64,000 nucleotides of DNA from a virus: positions 1 through 64,000 of IMG/VR virus record IMGVR_UViG_3300010885_014582; one strand, given 5' to 3'. This document shows, in pieces, positions 56,033 through 64,000 of the stretch. A model generated the notes under the pieces. That model saw only the letters and a list, made by a program, of their open reading frames with translations. It searched no databases and was not told where the DNA came from. A program made the translations under genes and the position numbers. The first letter of the stretch is position 1; the number at the start of each line of letters is the position of its first letter.

Positions 56033-56434
56033 CTAGTCGTTAACGACTGTTGGGTTTGGACGGTTCATGTGTCCACCCGTGTTGTACTCATACTCGAAAT
56101 ATGGCATTGAGTCACCAGCGACTGAACCCTGTACGAACTCTGAAAGAACCGTAGGAGCCTCAATCCAAGCAGCAGCGCCAACATGGGCACGCTCTTGCAT
56201 TGTCTGTTCTGCATGCTTGTAGAACATCTCTGGGTTGTTATGGTTCATGCGACCACGAGCAGGTGCGGTATCAAGATACGCTCCCTGAGCGAAGTCATTA
56301 GGAACATCGGTGTCTGTGGCGACACCCTCTTCAAAACGAAGAGGTCCTTTGTTACCTGGAATGCTTGGAGCGAAACTGCGCTCAAATACATTTGGCGCCT
56401 TTTCTGCGAACTGTGGGCTTGGTGCTACTGACAC
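56033..56434 (-). CDS. hypothetical protein
   Basis: GPLRFEEGVATDTDVP...ERAHVG.AAWIEAP; strong GGAGGAG RBS. Confidence 0.65.
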   Translation of the reverse strand: MSVAPSPQFAEKAPNVFERSFAPSIPGNKGPLRFEEGVATDTDVPNDFAQGAYLDTAPARGRMNHNNPEMFYKHAEQTMQERAHVGAAAWIEAPTVLSEFVQGSVAGDSMPYFEYEYNTGGHMNRPNPTVVND

Positions 56435-56495
56435 TATTTACTCCTCCATAAAGGGGTATTGACTTATTTACAAGAATATCATTTTTAAGAGGGTG

Positions 56496-58058
56496 TTATC
56501 TGAAAAACGGGCTAGTTGAGGCTTGAACCTGTGGCATCGTATCCATAACTGTCAAAGCACAAGCAATAGCAAGGCTGTCAGGATAGTCGTCAAAAGCACC
56601 ACGCTCATTGGGAGCAGCCGCTAAAAGGTACGGTCCTTTATAGATTTTTTCAAGGTCAGACATTTGTTGGTTAAAGCGCTTCCATGTGCGGGTACGCCTA
56701 GCCTTAGAATGTCCTGGAAGAATTAACTGATCTCTCTGAATTAATTCGGTTAAATGCACCCAGCGCTCGTTCTGAGCCTTTGAATCCGATGAGATGGGCA
56801 ATACCTCAATATCAGGCAGTAGAAGCGCCAGACGCTCTGCTACAGCGCCTCCGACGCCCTGTGAGTCCACTCCCACCCTTAGGAGGTCGTAATGTCGCAG
56901 GAAATCAATAATATGGAAATATTGTGCTTCCCATTCCTCATTGTTAATCTCAAGCCAGTTGAGGACACGGTGTTCATAGAAACCAAATGGGTCTGGATGA
57001 TCCCAGTCAACCCATACAACGGTAACTACTGTGGAGTCATTTGAGCGAGCCACATCGATTCCTGCCACACAGGGTGTACGCCACCATTCTTTAACCAAAG
57101 GCATGGACTGGTCGTACAGACGATCCATACGCTCTTCAGTAACGAACATTCCTTTTTCAAGAATGAACTTATTGCAGTACGACATCTGGAACTCGTCCGA
57201 GTCTTCCCCGATGCGTAACTTCTCTTTAGAGATAAACTTTGAGTAGTTGTCGTTGTACTTTGAGGCAACCCTATGGTCGTACTCAAAGTGAGCCTCACGG
57301 AAACGCTTTCCACCGTTAGCGGAACGACGCTTGTTGTACTGAATCATACGGTAGAAATAGGATTTCTGACGGTTAGCAGTTCCTGTAAGAGCAATCGATC
57401 CGTTGTTGAACGCCAGCATGGGTTTGATTGACTTAGCGATCATGGTCTCATCGGCTTCCTGAGCCTCATCGATAAGGACGAAGTGGTAAGTCTTAGACTC
57501 AATCTTTGCCTTAGGGTTACATGTCTGCATACGGCAGAGTGATCCAGCATGCTTCAAAGTGATTAGGCGACCACGACCACGGGTACCACCACCTGTTGCC
57601 TTGTCATCAATCTCAGGGTCAAGAAGGAACTGCATAGCGTGGTCACTAGTTAGTTTTGTGACAATACGACTAAATACAGTTTCTGCCTGCTCTTCGGTAG
57701 GAGCAAACACGCCTACCCAAAAACCTCTGTCAAACTTCTCTAACCATGTCGGATAGATGGGTGCCAACTTAGGAAGGATGACCATCATGCCAGCCATAAC
57801 TGCTGAAAGAACTTCTGACTTACCTGACTGACGGGTAGCGACCACAGTCAACTCATCACCATCTCCCAGAACTACAGATTCAATAATGCGGTAGGCAATA
57901 GGTATCTGGTAGGGAAAGAACTCAATATCACAGAACTCTTCTGTAAAGATTATAATTCGTTTTACTAGTTGGTCAATAAATTCCGCAGAAGTTTCGTCCA
58001 GTTCTTCGGGGTCACCAAAGTCTTCCAGTGGTTCGACTAGGTCTTCCTGCTCGATCAT
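56496..58058 (-). CDS. terminase large subunit
   Basis: RQSGKS, IDEAQ, LTGT, GID.A...DSTV, DDYPDS. Confidence 0.92.
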   Translation of the reverse strand: MIEQEDLVEPLEDFGDPEELDETSAEFIDQLVKRIIIFTEEFCDIEFFPYQIPIAYRIIESVVLGDGDELTVVATRQSGKSEVLSAVMAGMMVILPKLAPIYPTWLEKFDRGFWVGVFAPTEEQAETVFSRIVTKLTSDHAMQFLLDPEIDDKATGGGTRGRGRLITLKHAGSLCRMQTCNPKAKIESKTYHFVLIDEAQEADETMIAKSIKPMLAFNNGSIALTGTANRQKSYFYRMIQYNKRRSANGGKRFREAHFEYDHRVASKYNDNYSKFISKEKLRIGEDSDEFQMSYCNKFILEKGMFVTEERMDRLYDQSMPLVKEWWRTPCVAGIDVARSNDSTVVTVVWVDWDHPDPFGFYEHRVLNWLEINNEEWEAQYFHIIDFLRHYDLLRVGVDSQGVGGAVAERLALLLPDIEVLPISSDSKAQNERWVHLTELIQRDQLILPGHSKARRTRTWKRFNQQMSDLEKIYKGPYLLAAAPNERGAFDDYPDSLAIACALTVMDTMPQVQASTSPFFR

Positions 58059-58303
58059 GTGACGATGCGGCTCCGTTGTTCATCCCATAAGTCTTTTACA
58101 AGATTCATGATTGTAGTAAATTCGTCTGGGTCACCTTTGTGGAAAGCCCATTTGTCGTAAGCCGCACCTAGTTCCATCAAGCATGAATTAAGCCAACCAC
58201 GAAGTTGGATATCATCCATGTTCTTGATTCGGTCAGGCCGTGGTCGTTCTGGTTGTTTTGCTTCTTTTCTGAATATCATTCCAATTCCCAATTTCTTTGG
58301 CAC
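58055..58303 (-). CDS. hypothetical protein
   Basis: ORF coupled to terminase; start uncertain. Confidence 0.5.
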   Translation of the reverse strand: MPKKLGIGMIFRKEAKQPERPRPDRIKNMDDIQLRGWLNSCLMELGAAYDKWAFHKGDPDEFTTIMNLVKDLWDEQRSRIVT

Positions 58304-58694
58304 TGATGTCTAGGTACTTACCTTGAATGGCAGAGAGCGTACCTGCTGTATCATCAAGATTTTGCTTATGGCATAAACCAATCTGGATACTGCGCTTAAA
58401 TACAGCAACATAGATTCCTGCGCCTTTTCTCCATGGAGCGCTCAACTCATGCATAGTACCAAACCCAGCAGACAACTGGCGAGGGTCATGTCGGGTAATC
58501 CAATACACAGGACCAATACCTTGGACGATGTCTGTAGTTCCCCTAAACACTAAATATGCGTAAGTAAGAAAAGGAATAATAAATGAGGGGTGTAGAACCA
58601 CCGTCATGTACAGATATACCAACATAAAAACTAAGGGTGCATACCCCAGTATGTGTTGTGCCTTCTTATAGATCGTCCGTGTTTGCTGTGTCAT
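58233..58694 (-). CDS. membrane-associated hypothetical protein
   Basis: hydrophobic N-terminal half. Confidence 0.5.
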   Translation of the reverse strand: MTQQTRTIYKKAQHILGYAPLVFMLVYLYMTVVLHPSFIIPFLTYAYLVFRGTTDIVQGIGPVYWITRHDPRQLSAGFGTMHELSAPWRKGAGIYVAVFKRSIQIGLCHKQNLDDTAGTLSAIQGKYLDISAKEIGNWNDIQKRSKTTRTTTA

Positions 58695-59247
58695 CTCGTG
58701 AACCTATTCTGCTGTATTTGTAGTTGTTAAGGAATTGATTAATAAATCTGCCCTTAGACTCACTGTTTGCAAAGTTGTTGTAAACGCTTTCTGGAACATG
58801 TGAGTATTTATAGATGTCATTAGCATGACTTCCATTAAGGTGTGGTTGAAATCTAACATACACAGTACCCAATGTGTTTGTCCTTGTAGCCACTCCTGCT
58901 TTTTCAATCAGGTATGTGCGGTCAGGAGAGTGCGGAACAAACTTGTGTGACCTAACCCGTGTACTGCTACCAGGACCTCTTCCATAGTTATCCTTTGGAG
59001 GCTTTGCATCGATGACTTCCTGTGTGGCGTAATCAATGGGTATCCCACTATTCTCACCAATTGTGTCGGGGGTTTTTCGTGCACCCCAAGGTTGACCAAA
59101 CATGTTGAATTCAGAAAGTTCATTTCCTTGTTCAGAGGAAGGTGCTTCTGTAGGGATCTGACGCATATTCCTGTTGGTGTTAATGCGACCTTCTTCAGCA
59201 AGTATGTCATTAAGTGACTTGCCCAGTCTTCTTTTTGGTGTTGCCAT
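58666..59247 (-). CDS. KTSC-domain protein
   Basis: SSTR...V.F...Y.Y..VP..VY..F....SKGRFIN..L. Confidence 0.75.
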   Translation of the reverse strand: MATPKRRLGKSLNDILAEEGRINTNRNMRQIPTEAPSSEQGNELSEFNMFGQPWGARKTPDTIGENSGIPIDYATQEVIDAKPPKDNYGRGPGSSTRVRSHKFVPHSPDRTYLIEKAGVATRTNTLGTVYVRFQPHLNGSHANDIYKYSHVPESVYNNFANSESKGRFINQFLNNYKYSRIGSRDDTANTDDL

Positions 59248-59774
59248 TATTCAGGCTTAGGAAGTGCCCGCCACGCTGCTTCAAACTTTGCGGCGTCTTT
59301 TGCCATCTCTGGAGAAAGTTCTAAATGCAACCAAAAACCGCCGAATGAACCAGCATTATCGGACTCACTAAAAATCTTCACCCCTTGTAAATTTTCGCCT
59401 CTTGAACAGCGGAAGCCTCTTCCATAACCTTTGTTTTTGTCTTTAGGATTTGCGTCAAAGGCGTAGTCGTGAATTTCTTCAATTCCTAATTCTTTTGTGT
59501 ACTTGATAAACCAGTCCCACATGGCAACGCCAACCTTGCGGTCGTCATACCCAATATCGACCGCAGCCCCAGTGGAATGGACTGAAAGCCATTTTTCCAT
59601 GCCAGGGTCGCCAATCTTCTTACCCTCGGTATGAGAGTTCCTCATCAATCTGGCGGAATAAATCCCCAGGTTCTTAGTTTTCCATCTGGCCGCACAAAGC
59701 GCAGCGAGTTTTTCTGTGCCAGGCTGTGCCTTTTTTCCGTCAAAACTGGGGTAATAAGAATATTTTCTGGGCAT
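59247..59774 (-). CDS. peptidase M15-like endolysin/cell-wall hydrolase
   Basis: R...SVHSTGAAVDI...WLHLE zinc-peptidase pattern. Confidence 0.7.
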   Translation of the reverse strand: MPRKYSYYPSFDGKKAQPGTEKLAALCAARWKTKNLGIYSARLMRNSHTEGKKIGDPGMEKWLSVHSTGAAVDIGYDDRKVGVAMWDWFIKYTKELGIEEIHDYAFDANPKDKNKGYGRGFRCSRGENLQGVKIFSESDNAGSFGGFWLHLELSPEMAKDAAKFEAAWRALPKPE

Positions 59775-59782
59775 AATGTTCC

Positions 59783-60907
59783 TTAGGGATTAGTTAACTC
59801 TTCTATTTTAGCCTCTAATTCAGACACTTTCTGGGACAGTTCCTGTATGGATTTTACTGCCAAGGCTATTATGGCATGGTGTTTCCACATTTGTGGTTCC
59901 GTGCCATTTTCTCCCTCTTCATGGTGAATAAGGTCTGGATTAACTTCTTGTATTTCTTCGACAATAAAACCATATTGGCGTTGGGTTCTTCTACAAAATA
60001 CTTCATATGGCTCATCCATTGAAGTGTGTTCTTCTTTGAAGATAAAGGTTCGTGGTCGTAAATTGTTAATTATACTTAAACCATTATTTAAGTCTTCTAT
60101 TTGCTCTTTATGGTCACGCAACGAAGACACTGCATTGAAACGGATTCCATAGGCAGGGGAACCAGTAACAGATAGCCTTACTAAAGCATTAAGAGAAGAT
60201 GAAGATGGCGGGTTGTAAATAAATTCATTTAGGCTCAATGTCCCGTTGCTTGTTACATTATTGAAAGTGACATTGCTTGTAGTGTCAAGTGCTTGGTTAG
60301 CACCTGGACCTGCGGGACCTGAAGGTCCAGATGGACCTGCACCGCCGTTTGTACCATTTGTACCATTTGTACCATTTGTACCAGCCACACCACTGACACC
60401 TTGTGCACCTTGTGCACCTGATGGACCTGCTACACCTTGTGGACCTGATGGACCTGATGGACCTGATGGACCTTGAGGTCCTGATGGACCTGCTACACCT
60501 TGAGGTCCAGTAGGACCTGATGGTCCACCAGGTGTTCCACTGACTCCTGAGACACCTTGAGGTCCAGTTGCACCTGTAGGACCTGAAGGACCACTTGGAC
60601 CTTGGATACCTTGAGGACCAGAAGGTCCGCTTGGACCTGAAGGACCAGAAACAGTCGATGGTGTACCGCTAACTCCCTGAGGACCACTGGGTCCTGAGGG
60701 GCCAGACGGTCCAGGAACAGTAGAACCTGGACCTGTTGGTCCTGCGGGTCCTGATGAATAGGCAAGCGCTGTCCATGCACTAGCACCATTGCCTACTTTA
60801 AATTTACCTGTGTCAGTTTCCGAACCTAGTTCACCAGCAGCAAGAGTTGGGTTTGCAGCAGTCCATTGAGCGGCTGTTCCCCTACGAAGTTGTATTTTAA
60901 TAGGCAC
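59783..60907 (-). CDS. collagen-like fibre protein with S74 chaperone
   Basis: [28 protein letters not shown]-terminal module; Gly-X-Y repeats; SSLRDHK...YGFIVEE. Confidence 0.85.
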   Translation of the reverse strand: MPIKIQLRRGTAAQWTAANPTLAAGELGSETDTGKFKVGNGASAWTALAYSSGPAGPTGPGSTVPGPSGPSGPSGPQGVSGTPSTVSGPSGPSGPSGPQGIQGPSGPSGPTGATGPQGVSGVSGTPGGPSGPTGPQGVAGPSGPQGPSGPSGPSGPQGVAGPSGAQGAQGVSGVAGTNGTNGTNGTNGGAGPSGPSGPAGPGANQALDTTSNVTFNNVTSNGTLSLNEFIYNPPSSSSLNALVRLSVTGSPAYGIRFNAVSSLRDHKEQIEDLNNGLSIINNLRPRTFIFKEEHTSMDEPYEVFCRRTQRQYGFIVEEIQEVNPDLIHHEEGENGTEPQMWKHHAIIALAVKSIQELSQKVSELEAKIEELTNP

Positions 60908-61224
60908 TACACACCACCTGCGTTAATCTCATCGATCCCAACATATGAAGAATCAGGGAATCCCCCATCCATATTAGACGAAGAACTAGCGGCTGGTTCT
61001 ATTTGAACCCAAAACACATTAGTCAAGTTAGCATCATCCGATGTAACCACGATCTGCTCACCAATATCTGGGACAGCCCATGGGTCTCTACGCCCAATAT
61101 ATGAGATAGATACTTCGGAGTTAGCCCCCAGCAATGATGGAATCTTTACACGGATTTCACCAGTGGCGGTACTGGAATAAGTAACTAGCGCCCTGTGGAC
61201 AGGGGGTGTGTTTGAACTGTGCAT
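60907..61224 (-). CDS. baseplate spike OB-fold-like protein (gpV/gp5 N-terminal type)
   Basis: RALV...[10 protein letters not shown]...VP.IGEQ.VV. Confidence 0.55.
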   Translation of the reverse strand: MHSSNTPPVHRALVTYSSTATGEIRVKIPSLLGANSEVSISYIGRRDPWAVPDIGEQIVVTSDDANLTNVFWVQIEPAASSSSNMDGGFPDSSYVGIDEINAGGV

Positions 61225-61365
61225 TTACTCTTCTGTGTCAGGCGTTTCGCCCATTGGGGTTGCTTGCATACGCTGTAATGCTGCCTTGTAAGCGATATTT
61301 TCCAAGGTAAGGCGCTTTACTTCGTCAAGTAGTCCGTTGATGAGGTCATCAGTTTGTAATTCCAT
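61225..61365 (-). CDS. small coiled-coil protein (46 aa, not in ORF track)
   Basis: hand translation MELQTDDLINGLLDEVKRLTLENIAYKAAL. Confidence 0.5.
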   Translation of the reverse strand: MELQTDDLINGLLDEVKRLTLENIAYKAALQRMQATPMGETPDTEE

Positions 61366-62434
61366 TTAAGGTTCCTTCTTTGATTTCATAGAATCCTTTG
61401 CCCCAGAGAGACAAAAGACGGTTGAAGTATCTATCATACAGCAAAGCGTTGGCATCTAGCCCAAAGCGGTTAACTGCGTACTCTCTAATGGCTTTGCGGT
61501 CAAGGCTTGGTGCCTTTTCAGCAGCCTCAATAAATTCCTGCAATGTCCGACAACGGAAGCCACTAACTCCTTGAACTACATTCTCAGGGAAAGCACCCCA
61601 GTCTGTGGTAATTACAGGAGTGCCACATGCCATGGCTTCAGCCACAACTAACCCAAATGGCTCGGTGTAGATGGTGGGGGCAAATGAGGCTATTGCGCCA
61701 CCCATTAGTTTGGCTCGTTCTTCTGTACCCACGACTCCTACATATTCTCCGTAGTCGGGAACTGTTCCTTGTCCAGCAATGATCAACCGCTTACCAAGGT
61801 GCCTACAAACATCTACTGCCACCTGGTAGCCCTTACGGTCAATCAATCGACCCATGAAAAGGTAGTAATCATCGGGAGTCTCTCTAAAGGGGAAATCCTT
61901 GATGTCAACATGACCTGGGATTACATCGTCAAAAAACTGACCATCCACATCGTGGGGGTTATTAGTTGCTGCTCCATAACAGACATGCATCCATGCGTAT
62001 GACTCAAACACCTTGTACTTGGCAAAGGTTCCACCGTAACCAACTTCGAACTCTACGGTCATGTGGTTAGGAAAGGCATCAGCAATTACTTTGTGTGCCC
62101 TTCCTCCAATAACGCAAATAAAGTCTTTGGGCTGGATCCTTTTGCCTATTTCCTCGATTGCAGTGTTGTTGAACTTTACCCAATGAGGCAGAGCGTAGTC
62201 AAAGGAGGCAAGGGAATAGTGTTTGCCCTCTAGGGAGTCAAGGCGCTCCTGCTCGGAAATGCACATGATGTTCTCATCACAAGGCGCATCAGTAAATTCC
62301 CCACCATAAAGAAAAACCTCATGGTTGAGAGATTTCATCATAATTGCAAATTTACGAACATTCTCAGTAAAAGCGCAAGCCGTGAAATCTAGGGTCGTAT
62401 TAGCGTGGGGTAAACCAACTACATGAAATCTCAT
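61349..62434 (-). CDS. GT-B glycosyltransferase (GT4-like)
   Basis: FMGRL...KG...EPFGLVVAEAMACGTPVI. Confidence 0.9.
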   Translation of the reverse strand: MRFHVVGLPHANTTLDFTACAFTENVRKFAIMMKSLNHEVFLYGGEFTDAPCDENIMCISEQERLDSLEGKHYSLASFDYALPHWVKFNNTAIEEIGKRIQPKDFICVIGGRAHKVIADAFPNHMTVEFEVGYGGTFAKYKVFESYAWMHVCYGAATNNPHDVDGQFFDDVIPGHVDIKDFPFRETPDDYYLFMGRLIDRKGYQVAVDVCRHLGKRLIIAGQGTVPDYGEYVGVVGTEERAKLMGGAIASFAPTIYTEPFGLVVAEAMACGTPVITTDWGAFPENVVQGVSGFRCRTLQEFIEAAEKAPSLDRKAIREYAVNRFGLDANALLYDRYFNRLLSLWGKGFYEIKEGTLNGITN

Positions 62435-62446
62435 GCTGGAATACTA

Positions 62447-63457
62447 TCAGGAACCTTTAAGTGTGTCTACTTCTAGTTTAAGGTCTGCTACCTGAGAAGA
62501 CAGTTCTTTTACGGCTGATACAAGCAATGAAATAACATCGTTTGTTTTCCACATGATTGCTTTACGAGAGCCATCTGTGTCGGGGATATAATGAAGAAGG
62601 TCGGCTGATACTTCTTCTATTTCTTGGACTATAAAACCGTGTTCTGTGTAGTCACGGTGTAATCCTTTTTCAAACTCTGGGTCATCAGGTGCATCGTTCC
62701 ATTTGAATGTGCGTGGTCGCAATTGATTAACTATTTCTAAACCATTGTCAAAATCAGCAATGTCATTTTTTAGTTCTCTGCGTGAACTGCTTACTCTCAC
62801 AGCACCATTTGATACCCTTATTAAAGAAGTACCAGAGCCAGTAGTGGAAGAGTATGAACCAATCAAAGAAATTTCTGCGTTAGTAGCATAAATTATTGGT
62901 GTATCAATACCACTTTGAATCTGCCATAGACCAGCATTGCGCAAAATGTTAGACCCTTCATCTGAAAGGCTTGTTGCTGTGTACGAGGTTGAACCAGCAG
63001 GACCTTGAATACCTTGTGGACCTTGAGCACCTGTTCCACCAGCAGCACCTTGTGGACCTTGTGCACCAGTGCCACCCGTGCTTCCTGCTACACCTTGAGG
63101 TCCTGATGGACCTGATGGACCTGCTACACCCTGTGCACCTTGAGGTCCACTAGGACCTGCTACACCCTGAGGTCCAGTTGCGCCCGTAGTACCTTGAGGT
63201 CCCGTTGCACCTACAGCACCATTGGTCCCTGGCACACCACTCACACCTTGTGGTCCAGATGGTCCAGCAACACTAGAAGGGGTACCACTCACACCTTGTG
63301 GTCCTGTAGCCCCTGCTGGACCACTAGGACCTGTTGCCCCTGTGACACCTAGAGAGTTGACATTGAGCGCCCACTTACCATCTGTAAATGTCCAAGTTTT
63401 GCCGCTTACTGTGTAGTTATCACCAGGCGCAGGGGAGTTTGGGAAATCAATAGCCAT
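62447..63457 (-). CDS. collagen-like fibre protein with S74 chaperone
   Basis: MAIDFPNSP..G..Y....KTW...G.W module; Gly-X-Y repeats; SSRRELK...HGFIVQE. Confidence 0.85.
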   Translation of the reverse strand: MAIDFPNSPAPGDNYTVSGKTWTFTDGKWALNVNSLGVTGATGPSGPAGATGPQGVSGTPSSVAGPSGPQGVSGVPGTNGAVGATGPQGTTGATGPQGVAGPSGPQGAQGVAGPSGPSGPQGVAGSTGGTGAQGPQGAAGGTGAQGPQGIQGPAGSTSYTATSLSDEGSNILRNAGLWQIQSGIDTPIIYATNAEISLIGSYSSTTGSGTSLIRVSNGAVRVSSSRRELKNDIADFDNGLEIVNQLRPRTFKWNDAPDDPEFEKGLHRDYTEHGFIVQEIEEVSADLLHYIPDTDGSRKAIMWKTNDVISLLVSAVKELSSQVADLKLEVDTLKGS

Positions 63458-63491
63458 AAGTAACCAGTTTACCGTATAGGGCTATAGTCGG

Positions 63492-63776
63492 TCAGAGCCA
63501 CCAAAAGTGTTTAATGATTGAGAGACTAGCCAAGATCACCCACGCCACATTGAAAAGGATGATTGTGGGAAGGGTCTTTTCGGTCGATGACCAAATCAGG
63601 GCAATGCTTGAAGCGATGGCAAAGATATAAACCCACCACCATTGGTAACCAAGAAGCAGTCCAGGAAAGATAATGGCAATCTTGGTAGAAAAACCCCATG
63701 CTTCCACGATGTTTGGTTTAGTCCAATATCCTTTGTGGGACATTGTCTTTGTTGCTTGAATTACTTTTTTTAACAT
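63492..63776 (-). CDS. small multi-TM membrane protein
   Basis: about three hydrophobic segments; start may be 63743. Confidence 0.6.
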   Translation of the reverse strand: MLKKVIQATKTMSHKGYWTKPNIVEAWGFSTKIAIIFPGLLLGYQWWWVYIFAIASSIALIWSSTEKTLPTIILFNVAWVILASLSIIKHFWWL

Positions 63777-64000
63777 TAGTTATATGCTATATAAGACAAT
63801 AATGCTTTTCTTGCTGCATACATTTCAGGGCGACTTAAATCTTCTGATTGCCAAATATTTGGAAATTCAACTATACTCAGTGCTTCTTTAGGGGTCGCTA
63901 TCAAGTCGTTAATTGATAAAAGTGCGCAATATTTGTATACATCTTTTTCAATAGATACTCGTTCTGTTTCCAGTATGTCTGAATCAATATTTACAGTTCT
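63776..64000 (-). CDS. 3' end of a gene extending beyond the window
   Basis: open frame RTVNIDSDILETER...LLSYIAYN* with TAATG overlap. Confidence 0.5.
   Translation of the reverse strand, partial: RTVNIDSDILETERVSIEKDVYKYCALLSINDLIATPKEALSIVEFPNIWQSEDLSRPEMYAARKALLSYIAYN

Noticed and set aside
59783-60907. Diversity-generating retroelement suggested by the Mtd-like N-terminus
   Set aside because: No reverse transcriptase and no template/variable repeat pair with adenine-specific differences seen in the window.
1-64000. tRNA genes, integrase/att sites, alternative genetic code
   Set aside because: None recognised by eye; core genes are full length under the standard code. tRNAscan-SE would be needed to exclude tRNAs firmly.

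Overview
This 64 kb window is a gene-dense piece of a tailed dsDNA bacteriophage genome with a contractile tail (myovirus). The host is most likely an actinobacterium: there are two WhiB genes, an Rpf-type transglycosylase and leaderless TANNNT promoters, although GC content looks moderate by eye. Almost all genes are on the minus strand. From right to left they are: collagen/S74 fibre genes with a glycosyltransferase; an endolysin-like peptidase; terminase; a metallophosphoesterase plus HslV-like protease; portal, scaffold and N4-gp56-type major capsid; neck, sheath, tube, tape measure and baseplate; a small plus-strand island (metallothionein-like peptide, Dps); a full replication/recombination module (initiator with internal iterons, DnaC-like loader, DnaB, primase, SNF2 helicase, SSB, PolA, RecA, Cas4-like nuclease, resolvases, HNH); SpoVS; an array of about 21 small low-complexity genes with shared N-terminal peptide motifs (8.0-13.8 kb); and host-interaction genes (WhiB, Rpf, DUF932). 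No integrase, tRNA or CRISPR array was seen. The most unusual elements are the motif-tagged small-protein array, the structured RNA leader in front of the Rpf gene, the metallothionein-like peptide in the Dps island and a probable +1 frameshift in the tail chaperone. All family assignments come from motif recognition by eye; no database search was run.
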